Both the position numbers and the translations under genes were made by a program. Source: Octopus sinensis (lineage: Eukaryota). Taken from it: a DNA stretch of 64,000 bases. The first letter of the stretch is position 1; every line of letters begins with the position of its first letter. Below are positions 50,083 through 64,000 of this stretch, one piece after another. The DNA is taken from the NCBI RefSeq assembly GCF_006345805.1, contig NC_043002.1:94984001-95048000 (forward strand), read 5' to 3'. The notes under the pieces are model-generated. The model searched no databases. It was not told where the DNA came from and worked only from the letters and a program-made list of their open reading frames with translations.

Positions 50083-52544
50083 AACCTGTACCCGAGGTTT
50101 TCAAATTGAGGAACTCTTTAGGGGTATATAAAATAAATTGCAGCAGCACATGATGTTTGTAAAAACAACTGGAATTTTGAAGGAATCAAAATTAACTAAA
50201 TACAACTCAGGCATGCCTTAGAGACGTTTTTGCTGTTTTCATCTTCTGATTATGAACGTGGGTTTTCAGTAATGTATAATCTTTTTAATTTTGCCACAAT
50301 ACCAGAAATTTTGATGGGAGGAACACGATGCAGTTATATTCACTCCTGTGCTCAAATGATGTTTATTAACTTTGATCATAGATCTCTTCCTTTAGGACTC
50401 ACCTAGGGTTAAACAATGGCAACAATTCTGATGTAAAGTGCATTTATAATGAAAGATATGTTATGATCTACATGTATGTGACTGTACCTTTCCTGGACTA
50501 TTACTGATCTGTCTCTTTATCTTCATGCCATTTCATTTCTGTTCTTTCCTTTCTTCAATTATTTCTTCCATCTTTTCTCTTTGCAATCTTTCTTTCATGA
50601 CTATTTCTTTGCACAATTCTAACCCATTCCTTATAATTCTCCTCTTTTTTTTTTTTCATCAACATAATCCTTATTTTCAAAGTAGCTTTACAAATTCTGT
50701 TACGAAACTATATTTCTGCTAAGACAGTAACTCTGTATTTTTCTCTTTCATTTTTTTCTTTTTTGTTTTAATTTAGCTACACCTTGAAAATATTTTCAAA
50801 TACTGTGAGATACATAAGTTTTGATAAACAAGAATTTAACTTTTTAATTATAAATAATATTGTCTTCTTAGAACTTAAAATTTGTGAAAGAAACTGGAAA
50901 ATGCTATTAAAGATGAAAAAAAGAAAGAGTAGAAAATCAAGGAATCCTCAGTAATTTTATATTAGATTTATGCATAATGAAATGTCTATAAAAAAATGGG
51001 GTTATATGTAAACAAGTTAATACTCTGCAGGCTTTTATGGTATTTGTTTTCCATATGTGATATGGTATTAGCATCACCACAAAGTAGTTCAATAAGGTAA
51101 AAAAAAAGAGTAAGAACCTGTTTTTTCAAACTGTAATGTAGGAATTGTTAAAGAATTCTAAAATATCTAAGGGTATATGTGATTGATGAACAATTAACAG
51201 ATTTCTATAAAATATCAATGAACCAAGTCATAAAATGGGAATATGAATCCATTTTTTAACATTTTATTACAGAATAATGTTTTTTTTTTAAAAATCTGGT
51301 TTTAGGATGCAATGGCACGTTATGTATAGCTAATATGTTTAGCTACCGACTATACAATAGCTTTGAAGCCTGCAGCAACAGTTGTGGTCATATATCGTTA
51401 CTCTATTTTCTATAGACAAGCTAAGTGAAAAATCATCATTTATTGATGGTTGGCAGCATATGAAATGATGCACACCTCTAAAAAAGGCTTGTTTCAATTT
51501 AAGAATAATTCAATCCCTAACGTTAATGGAAAGCCAGTTAAAAAAAAAAAATCAAATGCATTGCATTAAGGCAATATGTATAAAAGCATCAGAGTATTCT
51601 AAATAATAAGACCTTGAAATGATTTGCAATCCATAAGTTTGAACAAGTTTATGATCTCTGTTATGTGCTAATATCCAGGGGTTGTATTTTAGTTAGAAAT
51701 ATAGTAATGGAAAGGTTGATGTTTTGTTAAATGTAAAATAATCAATGCTGTATCTGTAATTGGCTTAAAGTTTATTTTCCATGTCGATATAGTTAGACAG
51801 AGGAAATGTTTCCTTGTAATTAATTGAGAATGTTGGTGAATACCATAGATATAGCAGTTAGCTTCCAGCTAGGCAATGCTGCAGCATGATTCAGTTCCTG
51901 CTAAAGCAACTTTACTCATGCCATTAGAATAAATCAGGGGCTCTTGTTGTTTCCTATTTCTTTAATATATAGTGCCATTATGCCTTAGTTGGCAGAAACT
52001 AATAGTTTAGAATATTCCAAGTAACTTGGAAATGAAGACGAGATTTCAGACATTTATTTTTGTGTTTGATATTCTGTGTCATTGTCTTTTTGTTTATTAT
52101 TTTAAGATGGTTTATGTCTGGAATTCAGCGAACCAAAAGAAATGTCTTAGGTTTGTTTGCACTTGTTGTCAACCTCTCTGTCTGACCAACCTCTTTTACT
52201 TTTGAGAGGCAATAAAAGGAAGCTAAAACAAGCTTGCGGTCACATTTATCTGCCATCATGGCAATTATTGAATGGAAATAGCATGCATTTATATTTTATA
52301 GAATACTGAAAAATATTGAATATTGTCATAAAAAATACATTTCTGGACATGAATTGATGTGGTAAAATTTCCATTACATGTTTTTGTGACATAAAAGCAG
52401 GTTGGTTCACCATTGGCCATGGGGTTGTGTAAGGCTGTCTCTTATTAGCTACATCTTGTTAAGAGATGTGAAATACATTTGAAAGCTTTTAATGTACTGT
52501 AAAGCTGATGGGAATATATATATATATAGATGACTAATCTTTGT

Positions 52545-53030
52545 TATGCAGGTGATATATTATTAATCGGTGATTCTATGAAAGAATTAGAGGATCTGTT
52601 AGTTAAAATCAGAAAAGTATGTGAACAATATGTATTATATCTAAAAGCCAGCCAAACAAATCGATTATGATTATAAAAGATAAAAGCCTGCAAGATCAAG
52701 AACAAGAAGATTTGTTTATTAATGATGAAGAGATTAAAAATGTCACCGAGTTTGTCTAGCAATGAATTGGCATTCTACACACTTATGGTAACAGTAACAA
52801 AAACGAAGCAGAATGCATTAGTCTGAAGTGCAACAATATTACTAACCACTGTTTGGAAAAATGTTGCAATATTTCTGAAACAGTAAAAAAAAAGGCAATG
52901 TCTACAGACAACTAGTAATCTAGATGCTATCTATGTATATGGCTTATGGCGATCAAAAAGTGGTATAGCAAAATGAATTGAAGCATTTGAGCTGTTTTGG
53001 AATACCACTGACTTCAAGTTAGGTGAATGG
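52545..53030 (+). pseudogene. Old RTE-like reverse transcriptase remnant
   Basis: 52545 reads YAGDILLIGDSMKELEDLLVKIRKVCEQYVLYLK (decayed YADD region); IEAFEL near 52977. Confidence 0.65.
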
Positions 53031-54929
53031 AAAGAAATAAACTATAAAGAACACTGAGAAAATTGGTAAAAGCACCCAGAAATTTTACACAAAAAAACTG
53101 AATTGAACTAAAGAAGGAACAGTAGAAGTAATTTTTAAAAAATGAAAGCCTAAACTTCTAATTATAATATTGTTTAAAATTCTCAGTATTTGGCATTTCA
53201 TGAATATATTTAATTGAAGTCTCCAAGAAGTATTTCGGTCCTTGTTCAGAACAATTGATTCTTTGCAATAGTAGTTCAAAAGATATGTTATTTAGCCCTA
53301 GGTCAGCCCTGATAGAGCAAACATCTGATCAAAGGCATTCCATTAATTTTCTATATCAGTAACTACATTACACAGTGTCCTTTTTCCAAGATAATGATGA
53401 TTTGAAGGAGATTTAGCTTCTATTTCTAGCAAGGAGTGTAACTTATAGTAATGCTTTCTCTTAATGGCTCGTGAAAAAATGCTTTTTGCTCTTTTTAACA
53501 AGTCCTGTAAATAAGGATTTTTAATTAGTCGAACTTATGTGTAATAGTCTGAAGTCACAGCAACCATTTTAATTCTTGGATGACAGATTTAATTCTTTGC
53601 CTAGTTTAATACCACTTTTTGGCCTTTACATTTCTTTAGCAGCATTTGTTCTGTTGCATGCATTCAGGCCAGATTTTCAGTGTGTGGATAACTTTCTCTG
53701 TACACCTTTCCAGTGTTGGAAACCCAGGAAAGAATCATCAGCCCTGCTTTTATTGCCATAAAAGGAAATATTTTTATAGCTTTTCTGCTCATGTACGTTG
53801 CCATTGATTTTTTGAAAAAGGGAAAAGACTTGGTAAAATTATTTAGCTGTTCACTTTCCTATAAAATCTGAATATACCTGTTTATTTTGTTAAAGAGGCT
53901 AACTTCTTGCTTGCTGGAGATAAATTAGCGAGCTGGCAAGACAAAAGAGTAATATTAACTTTGATTATCCGAGGTGTATGGATATATTACACATAAGAAA
54001 ATTCAAGAAACATACATTCACATTGACACACACATACATACATTATTTTCTCCCCCCCACCTCTCTCTCTCCCTTTCTCACACACACATGCAATGTATGG
54101 ATGTCTAATATACTCATATAAATGTTTTGAATATCAACATAAATAAAAATGATCACAAAAATTCTTCACATATTGGAATAATCTTTCTAATATTAATTTA
54201 GTTAAAAGATTGTTTTCTCTTTTGTTACTTTTAAAAATTTTATTTCTCAAAATCTTTTGAGAATTTATGAAGTAAAAGATATATTGTTCTCTTTATTTCG
54301 AATTTGAATATTTTTTTCTTCCTATCTATTTCCTAAGTTGTGATATATTTAATTTCATGTTCCTTTCATGAAATAAAATTATAATATATCTAATAATTTA
54401 AATGAAATGAAAAAAGTATTAGATGATTCAATCTCATCTCCTCTAAGCAATAATTCAGTCCTTCTTTGATAGTACATAATTAAAATATACTATCAATACA
54501 CTATTGAGAGAATATAATCAAAAGCTGTAATTCTCTTGCGTACAAATAACAGAAGACGGGTATTTTGATATTTAGAAGAGTTTTAACTTGTTAGCATTTT
54601 ACTATTGAAACCTTTTACAAGCCTTTTCTAAAACTATTAGAGCATATTAACCACAAACACTGCCATTTGTTAAGAAACCTCTGTAAAATCATGTCACTGA
54701 GCTGTTCATCATTTGAAATAGGAAAGGAAATATTTATCTTAGACAGAAATGAGGGTTGGCAACAGGAAATTGCTCCTATCCATTGAAAAATTTACCTAAA
54801 GTTTATCTGGCCCCTGCAAGTATAACTAAGTGGATATTAATCTGATGATGATGGTGATGATTATATAGCAAGCAGCAAGTACTTTAAGTCAAGTAGTTAT
54901 ATAAAGGAAGTTTAAATGGAATATTATCA

Positions 54930-55262
54930 TTGTGAAAGCATGTAGCATCAGGCTCACAATCATGAGGTAGTGAGTTCAATTCCCGGACTGGGCTGTGCAT
55001 TGTATTTTTCAGCAAGACACTTTATTTCATATTGCTCCAGTTCATTTAGCTGTAGAAATGAGCTGTGACATCACTGGTGCCAAGCTGTATTGGCCTTTGC
55101 TTTTCCCCTGGATAACATTGGTTGCATGCAGAGGATAGGCTGGTATGCATGGGTGAATGCTGGTTTTCCATAAACAACCTTGCCTGGACTTGTGCCTCAG
55201 AGGGAAACTTTCTAGATGCAATCCCATGGTCATTCATGACCGAAGGGGGTTGTTACCCTTTA
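54930..55262 (+). mobile_element. SINE family E
   Basis: Homologous to 25857-26180. Confidence 0.75.
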
Positions 55263-56860
55263 CCCTATCATCACCATTTTACAATGGCCATTGATGAAAT
55301 ATAATCTAGTCTAGAATTACTCTAATTTGGGATCAGTAACTGCTTTTGTATAATGGCCTACCTTTTGAATTTTAAAACTTTTCCCATGGTTGACATGTAT
55401 ATTGCATAATATCTTATATCTGAAAATATCCTTACCTTTTCTCTTACTTCCATTCTTGACAATGTATATTTAAACAAAAATTAAAGAAACCTTAGCACAA
55501 AAGTTTGTCACCAACTGCTCAAATGCTCCACAAACCCCTTAAAAATGCAAGAAATTTTTTAGAAACTATCTGTGAATCACAAGGAACATCTTATTGACCT
55601 ACCTGTAGGCTATGATTCTCCAGTTTCTAACCCCTACTGTAACTCAATGAAATTTTCTCTAGACAGTAGTTTTGTATTCATTTTTGTACCTTAGAGTTTA
55701 TATACATGTATATATGTATGTGTGCTTTCCTGTCTTTACACGATAGTTGTAAAAGAGCATCACATTCTTATAAACAGTGTCATTTGTTTCCAATCTTCCA
55801 AAGCAATATCTGTTCATGGAGAGATAATACCTTGCTTGGAATCTTGTTATGGCTGGTGACATGAAGGGTATTGCAGCATAAAAATATCTACCAAAATGTA
55901 TTTTATTTGTGCCATGCAAACATGGAAATGTGGTTGTTAAAGCGATGATGATTATGGTATCTATTTAGTTTAATTAAGGAGAACTCAGCCAAGCCATGTC
56001 AAACCAGTATGATCTCAAGCTCAAGTTCACAGCCTCTACATCAGACCATGATTGGTGGAGAGAACATGTTGAGGCAATCCAGTCGAATTCAATTGAAGAA
56101 TAACTCTAAAAATATGGTTTAATCATTCTATAATTAGAGACATAAATTTTTGAAACAAGAAATTACGTTTATCCTTTTAAAGCTCTTTATACTTGTTACA
56201 TAGACTGGGTCCCACAACTCAGGATTTCTGCATGATCCCTTCCTATCAAAATGAAAAAAAATTAAACAGAATTTTCTAAAATTTAATACAAATCACATTA
56301 GTCACTTTTCTTGGAGAAATATTCCTCAGATTCTGTTTGCAATCAATGTTGTGTTATGGTCATTATTCCTCCTATGGTTATTGTACAACATATTTATGAA
56401 CATATCAGCCATTCAATAACACAAAAAAACTTAACTTCACTTAAAGATTTATTATTTGATGGTGAAATTTTCCTTGCACTAATTGCCTGCCACAGTTTCA
56501 AATCTCTTCATTCCCTGACCAGAAAGTTGGATTTTTTAACCAAGAGAATACCTCCCATTTTTCTTTCTCTTTGGTGACTTGTTTTTTGTACAGCCCGAAT
56601 TTTAGCTTTGTTTACTAGGAAAAGGAGTTTCAGTAGAATTGTATCAGTGACTGGGTTGCAACTTGTGCGATGGATATTTTGACACCAAATTGTAAATGTT
56701 TAAGTGACGTTCAAAATTTTATGTGTGTTTTTGAATGGCCAGTCTGTGTTTTACATGCTGTAATTGTTTTAGATTCAACACACACTCACATCATATCACT
56801 TGCCACACAAGTCCATTCAGGAATAGTTTGCATTTTACTAAATGGAAATTGCTGATTTAA

Positions 56861-57079
56861 CCTTTTTGATACCAACCCACCTCATACCACCTTTGCCCCT
56901 AAGATACAGACTTCCTGTTTTATAGTGATCTAAATTAAAACCTTCCTTCAAAATTTCATATTTATTCATGTCCCAAGTACCAGCTTAATGACAAAATTAT
57001 TTCACTAAATTCTCCATTATTTTTCGAATTGATTGAAACAAAGGCAGTGTATTTCTATAGAAATATGGTATTGGAAGGG
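56861..57079. mobile_element. Non-autonomous piggyBac-like element
   Basis: TTAA at 56857-56860 and 57080-57083; degenerate TIRs cctttttgatacca / tggtattggaaggg. Confidence 0.65.
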
Positions 57080-58010
57080 TTAAGCAATGTCACCGGGAAA
57101 GTTTTTCAAATTGTCATGTTTTAATTTAAATGTGCATGTGTGTGTGTTAGTCCAACTATAATTGACCTAATATTGTTATATTTTCTTGTAATCGTGGCCA
57201 TTAATACAATGTTAAGCTCAAAAACATTGTTATATGTGTATTTTAAAATGCTTCTCCTTTTAGGGTTTTATTATTTATTTATTTACTGTATCTAGTTAAA
57301 ATTCAAATGATTTCAATTGTTTTGAAACCTCTTTCCAGAAATTATGAATATTCCATTTTATTGCTTTAACAGCTTTTAATATATATATTTTTTAAGTGCC
57401 TCGAATATTTACTTCCATATTTTCTTTTTCCATTACTCTAAAACTAGCTTTATCTTTGAACATTATTTTTATGATAAATGTCTTCTAGCCTTGATTCTTT
57501 TTATGTGCAAGATTCCTTTTACTATTATTAGAGATATTATCGCAAAAGTGTTAAACATCTCACAAGTTCATATGTATTTATGTATATGTATTATATACAC
57601 ACGTCTGGTTACATAAAATAGGTATTTTCTTTCAGAATAATTAGGTGGAAGTAGATGTTCACTGATGCATATTCTCTTTGCACAGAGTTACAGGGTGAAT
57701 TGTTTCTGCAACAGAAAACACAATGTTCTTGATAGTGCATTTAAACTTAGATACTGCTCCATGTACAAGCATTTATCTCAAGGTTATATGCTAGAGGTCA
57801 TAAAACGGGTGTTTGCAATGTTCACACCTCAAACATCAATTTCATTCATTGTTTTCTCAAAACTTTTTCGAAAATATTTTTAATACTTCAATGAGGATAA
57901 GTCTATTATTATTGTTGTGGTTATTGTTATTATTATGTTTATTATTATTATTATTTCAACAACTATGGTTATTTTCATGACCATAAAGTATAATATTTAA
58001 TACAATGTAT

Positions 58011-58052
<42 letters not shown>

Positions 58053-58062
58053 CATATATATT

Positions 58063-58119
<57 letters not shown>

Positions 58120-59339
58120 ATGTATGTATACATATATAAAAACATGTATATTTGCATGTATATAACCATATATATATATATTAACAGTGATTTATATTTC
58201 AAAAATATTGCTATCTTTATTTAATAATGGGTATTAAAAACGCTTATTAGATGTAAACTTTTTTTTTAACAATTTTTATTTCTCTTTATCTACCCTCTAC
58301 TTTAAGAAAACTAAATTTTGTAAAAACTGCTGCTTTCCCCCATTTTACATTCTTTCTGGCAAGTTTAAATGCTCGTTTAAACTAAATGCAAATACTTTTT
58401 CATAAATTTAATTGGATTATTATCTCCATGTGAGACTCTGCTTCCAGTGAATACTAGATTGAATACTGCACTCGGCTATGGTTCTGATATTGTTATCAGT
58501 GATTTGAAAAGATGCAGTGTTAGATCAATGATAGTTTTATTTACAGACCTGAAAAGAATCAAATTTTTGACTGATAACTATGCAAGAGTTTTGTCTGTAT
58601 TCTTATGGAATTGGATATCAGAAGCATTTCTCCTGCCATAGACCAATTATTTGATGGAGTAAATAGTGGCATGTCGATAATAGAATTATTTTAAAGCTTC
58701 TATCTTGAACATCCGTCTACATTATAGTGGCAGTGAATTGGCCAGATCAGTAGGACATTACACGAAATGCTTTGCAGTATTTGTTCTAACTCTCTGTTCA
58801 CTAGTTTCAAATTTCACCACGGCTGACTCTGCCTTTTGTCCTTTCAAAGTCAGTATAAAAGTATCTCTCTACGACAGTAGATAGACAGAACTATGTAGCT
58901 CTGCTAGTGATATATATAGAATCACAGTAGCAGAACAGGTACTGGTGTTGTGAATGACCAGCATGATTAGTAAAAATTAAATATTAGCAACAGAAACAGT
59001 ATTAATTACGAAAGTTAATAGTCATGACCACTTAAAAGTGGATGTTGTGTTAGAACAGAGAATACTGTGGTAGTTATCATGAGTGAAACTGTCATCTTGG
59101 CTTTTGGTGTATTGCTATCTCTAGTGTCAGAGTGGCCACTATTGACAAGGCCAGGAAAGGCCAAAATCACAGGATCTGGTGGTCTTGGTGCTGGCAGTGG
59201 TGACTGATTTATCCCTCTACTAGTGATATAAACAAAAGCACTTTTATGTACCAAAAGCCAACATGCGAGTTTCTCTCTATTAAATGGCCACTGTATTCTG
59301 TGTTCTAACTGAACATCCACTTCTGAGTGGGGATAGTCA

Positions 59340-59665
59340 TACTGTGGGACACCTTGGGCAAGTGTCTTCTTCTATAGCCTTGGGCCAACCAAAGCCTTGA
59401 GTGGATTTGGTAGACGGAAACTGAAAGAAGCCCATCACGTATATATATATATGTTTGGGTGTCTGTGTTTGCCCCCACCACTACTACCACTATCATCGCT
59501 TGACAACTGATGTTGGTGTATTTATGTCCCTATAACTTAGCAGTTCAGCAAAAAAGACCAATAGAATAAGTACTAGGCTTACAAAGAATAAGTCCTAGGG
59601 TTAATTTGTTCAACTAAAGGCAGTGCTCTAGCATGGCCACAGTCAAATGACTGAAACAAATAAAT
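59340..59665 (+). mobile_element. SINE family A, 5'-truncated
   Basis: caccttgggcaagtgtc...aaatgactgaaacaa. Confidence 0.82.
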
Positions 59666-60239
59666 GAATATATATATATATATATATAATCATTTTATTT
59701 CTGCTTCCTTTGTCCACATGGGTTGGACAGGTCATCACATTCCAAGTCAGTTCTTAGAACTACTGCCCTCCTTGGCATGGTAGTAGGCACAACACCTTGC
59801 TAGGAGCTGTTTTACAGAAGAGGCACATGGCTTCTTCAGCTGGAAAGGAAGGGATGGTGAGGATCTATTGTCAATGTACAAAATAAATAAAAAAGAGAGA
59901 ATAGAGGTAGGGGATTAAAAAAACCTTGGCTTGGTAGGTGAGTTTGAGAGAGTATAAAAGGAATGTGTTTGATGGTTACAGATAGGGATAGAAGTGGATA
60001 AAATGAATGGGACACTTGGAAAACATCAGTTTGGGAGGAAGTGAAAGAAGTATGAGTGGTCAGGGAGGAGGAGGCAGTGATAAGGGATAGTTTTAATGAG
60101 AAGTGTAATGGGATAAATAGTATCATTCACAGCACTTGAGTAGGTAGTGCCTTAGATAGGAGAGATATGGAAGGATGATTGTTTAAAGACAAGTCTTTAA
60201 AGATGACTTGACAGGACCTCAATTTTGTTGCATTGAATA

Positions 60240-60745
60240 GGTTTTGTCAAGCACCTCACCAATCACCTTGGTCTTTTGTCATCTCCTCTGTGATGCACAC
60301 CATCTTGAGCTTGACTACCACTGCACCCAACATCTTTCTAGGTCTACTTCTTTCACAGATTCCAACCATGTTCAGCAACTGGCACTTCCTTATACAGCTG
60401 TCCTCAACTGCATGCATCACAAGACTATACCAGCATAGTCTCTCTCTCTCCACTATCTCTCTCCCTTCTCTCTCTCCCCCTCTCTCTTCCCTCTCTCTCT
60501 CACTACATCTGACACCTCTTATGCTTAATTGTTCTCTCAACACATTTTTACTTTGTCATACATGCACACAGACATTGCACATCCATCAGAACATAATAGC
60601 TTCATTTCTTTCTTGTCTTCACATATCTTCTGCATTCATGGCCCATGTTTGTCAACCATGTAGCATTGCTGTTCATACACAAGTGTCATATAATCTGCCT
60701 TCTAATCTGAGAGAGAAACTTTGTTATCACCAGCCATTCGTCTAC
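60240..60745 (-). pseudogene. Decayed RTE-clade LINE ORF C-terminus
   Basis: ORF 60256-60543 RERLCWYSLVM...RSRPRKML resembles the RTE pattern RLRWYGHV...RGRPRKTW. Confidence 0.65.
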
Positions 60746-63437
60746 TTCTAGCTTCCACTGTGATCCCTAGATCAAGAACCAAAGGACCCCATTGAAGGCT
60801 TTCTCCAAGTTGGCAAGTGCCAACACTCCATTAGGTTATTAACAGATGACCTAATTAGGATCAGAGCAGGTGCTCTGAAAGCATAGTAGCCAGAATAAGA
60901 ATGTAAGGGTAGGTTTTTGGACATCCAGGGAGCGATTATTTCTGTTGGCATCAAAAGAAATTCTCACTTTGAACGAAGGGTAAGTTTTATGATGCTTACG
61001 CATGAATTGCAAAATGCTGCCAAGTCGTTAAGCATGGGCACTGAATGCGGTAGATGTGCAACAGCTGGAAAGAAATAATGCAAGCTTGCTTCACTGCATA
61101 TGCTTGAATAATGCCATCAAATGAGCTGAGAGAATAATTTGGTATTAGAGGAATCAGATGTGCAAAGAGAGAAGCTGCGCTTACAGACATGTGACGTGTG
61201 TGAAGGATGATAGTTGGGTAAAGAAGTGACAAGATCCAAGTGGAAGGAAACTGTGCCAGACTGAGACAGATATGGACAAAAGTGGTAAACCTATCTCAGG
61301 ATGCTAAACTTCATAAAGAGGATGAGTGGTCACGACAAATGATGTGATTGTCTTAGATACAACCTGTCCAACCCATGAAAGCATGGAAAATAGATTTAAA
61401 AATTATATTCATTGGTTATTAGACTTGCACCAAAATAATTAAGGGGTCATATTCTATCACTAGCATTGAATTGTTGTTCATGAATAAGATGCGTGGTGTA
61501 TGCAAGAGATTTGAAATAAAGGCACCTACCTTCTCTTCGTCGACGCAGACCTCTCCGGCGGTAACGCACCCTTCCACATGGCCCAACCTGAATGCTAAAA
61601 ATAGCAGCTGCTTTTCCCTTACCTCGACAAAGCACTCACATGTCTAGCTCTGTTGGCTACCCTGATCGAAAAGGCCCAGTGCCCCCCTGCCTGCACGCGC
61701 ATCACTCCTGCCCCTTCCTCTTCCAGTCAGCCCCAAGTTCCTGTCAGCTCCCCAGCTGCTGACGTCATCCCACAAGATGTTTGATTATAAAATAGCTCTG
61801 TCTATTTAATTTGTAATAGGTACAACTAATTAACATTGCTTCTCCATCACTAGAACTCAGCATTCCAAATTAACAAACAGGAACTCAATCCTCTATTTAC
61901 TCTCAGACCAGAGTCCCCCGACACCTCAGTCAGCTTCACCATTGAATATGATCTCTGATTCATTCTGTGGTCTGCATTTGAAGGCTGGTGTGTAAGTGCA
62001 TACAGCAGATAAACAAATAACACTGTGTAACAAATTCTTTTTTCTTTGGTCAGTAAGTGTTATTTCTTATTTGCTTCTATCAGGAAATGAAAGGGAATGA
62101 CTGCTATTCCTTTCAAACTTTACTTTTGTGATATGGACACCAGTGATTTGAAACTGACCTATTTTCCATTACATTTCAGATAGATTCAGCACTGAGTTGC
62201 TGAAGCAAAAATATATTCTGCTCAATACCACAGATTTGCTTGTCAGTTACTTGACCTTATCCTTTTGAGCATGTCCCCTAGTAACTGAGAATATGTGCCT
62301 TTCTGATCATGAACAGGAGTAATGGGGAGCATCATAGCCATGTACTGAGGGGATTTCTGTGGGGTTTGAGTAAATGTAACAAAAGCAAAGTTTGAAGGAA
62401 ATACTAGTGATTTTTCATACTTTGTGTGTGGAAGCACTCCGTCGGTTACGACGATGAGGGTTCCGGTTGATCCGAATCAACGGAACAGCCTGCTCGTGAA
62501 ATTAACGTGTATATAATATATAGATGTGTGTATGTATATATTTATATGTATATCTGTGTGTGTTTTGTAACACCAGCTAATGTTTAAACATCCAAAACTG
62601 AATTTCTTTGACAGAAAGAAAATGGCAGCTGAAAACCTAGTGCAGTCTTTGACCTTATTTATTGACCACTCATCTGTTTAACCTCAGTTGGGATTGATAA
62701 GTTTCCAGTATATACACAAGAAATGAATTATTTTTGCTTTACTCTTGTACTATTCAAATAAGTAACTCCCTAACAAAGAAACCTTAATTTCTTCTGCAGA
62801 TAACCCCTGGGTAGCAATTTATTTTTAAGGAAGTTCTGCAAAGTTAATTAAATTGGCTGTGATTTGTAAATGTTGGGTGAGTGTACAAAGTACTTTTCTT
62901 TCTTTTCTTACCATTCCTTGTATTCCTAATGACCTCAATAAATATCTCTCTTCTGTTATGTAATTCAATCTATTTTGATAATGAATGTAGTTTTGTAAAA
63001 TATATACTTATTTTTACCAAAGTGTTTTGTTTTATGTTTTTTTTTATATGGATTATTATTTATTTATAAGCAAAAATGGTCATTTTGTTATCAAAAGTAT
63101 TTTGAATTTTTTTTTCTTGTCCTTTTAGATTTAAAATATTTTCCAACTGCTATATTTCAGCTGCTTTATGCCTTTTAGGGAAACATCCCTGAATTGTTTA
63201 TATTTATGTCATTAAGATTACCATAGCAACACACATTTAATTTAAGCAAAACAACCAGCTTTGAAAGAGATATATTAATGTAGAGTATAAACTCTTCATC
63301 ATTTGTCAATTACTTTTTCTTGATTAGATGCACATTTATCAGTGCACGCACATGCAAACGACTTTGAAAACGTTCATGTAAATCACTTTGCCTTCCATTC
63401 TATAGGAATTCTCTATTATCTTTAGTTTTACCATTTA

Positions 63438-63652
63438 CGAGGAGATGCTGAAAAGTTCCTGGCTTTAGGTAAAAGAAAATACAGGAGTATTGGTTAATTA
63501 TGATTTTATTCAATATATACTCCTCTCAGATTCACACACTTATTGCAGTGGTCCTTCAGTTTTGCTAAGCCCTGTAAAGAACTTGGAACATTGGGCCTCC
63601 AGCCAGGGTTTTCTTGATACCCTCAAAGCAACGAACTCTTGAGCACCCCTCG
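63438..63652. mobile_element. Tc1/mariner-type MITE
   Basis: TA flanks at 63436-63437 and 63653-63654; TIRs cgaggagatgctgaaaagttc / gaactcttgagcacccctcg. Confidence 0.75.
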
Positions 63653-63864
63653 TATGTATATTGGTTGTTTTCCTAATCAGCACCAGAATGTGATCTTATT
63701 ACTGGAATTATGCAAAATCATATTACTACTATTTGTAGATGTCTAATTATACAACACCCAAAATTTTGAATCTAAAAAATGTCTTAGATTAAGTATAATA
63801 GAAACTTTTCCAATTTCATGTTTCAGAGATTTATATTTATTAGCAAACAATTCATACAAGATAC

Positions 63865-64000
63865 TCTTTTACCTGTTTCACTCATTTGACTGTGGCCATG
63901 CAGGAGCACCTCCTTTAGTCAAGCAAATTGACTCCAGGACTTATTCTTTGTAAGCCTAGTACTTATTCTATCGGGGTCTTTTTGCCGAATTGCTAAGTTA
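63865..64000 (-). mobile_element. SINE family A 3' end, continues beyond the window
   Basis: ctcttttacctgtttcactcatttgactgtggccatg. Confidence 0.8.

Noticed and set aside
51300-52450. Repeat-poor stretch as a possible host exon or enhancer
   Set aside because: No ORF or splice pattern I can support without alignment data.

Overview
AT-rich, repeat-dense eukaryotic DNA with no host-gene exon I can support. The SINE families and (TA)n/(CA)n/(TTA)n tracts resemble those I recall from Octopus (coleoid cephalopod); this is inference from memory, not a database result. The only long coding sequences are in a nested retroelement cluster on the minus strand at about 36.4-43.8 kb. Element B (36700-41934) is a near full-length L1/Tx1-type LINE with frameshifted ORF1 and ORF2 and a 13-bp TSD. 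Element A (41949-43716) encodes only ORF1, shares B's 3' tail, and appears A-to-G hypermutated on its sense strand (ADAR-like). Both sit within about 1 nt of the same position in the decayed ORF1 of a third related element, C. A tRNA-derived SINE at 32942-33171 carries the same 3' tail. The rest is SINEs, non-autonomous DNA transposons (piggyBac, hAT, mariner, Merlin/MULE-like), Helitron-like elements, RTE/CR1 remnants, Penelope-like fragments with hammerhead-like motifs, foldback palindromes and microsatellites.
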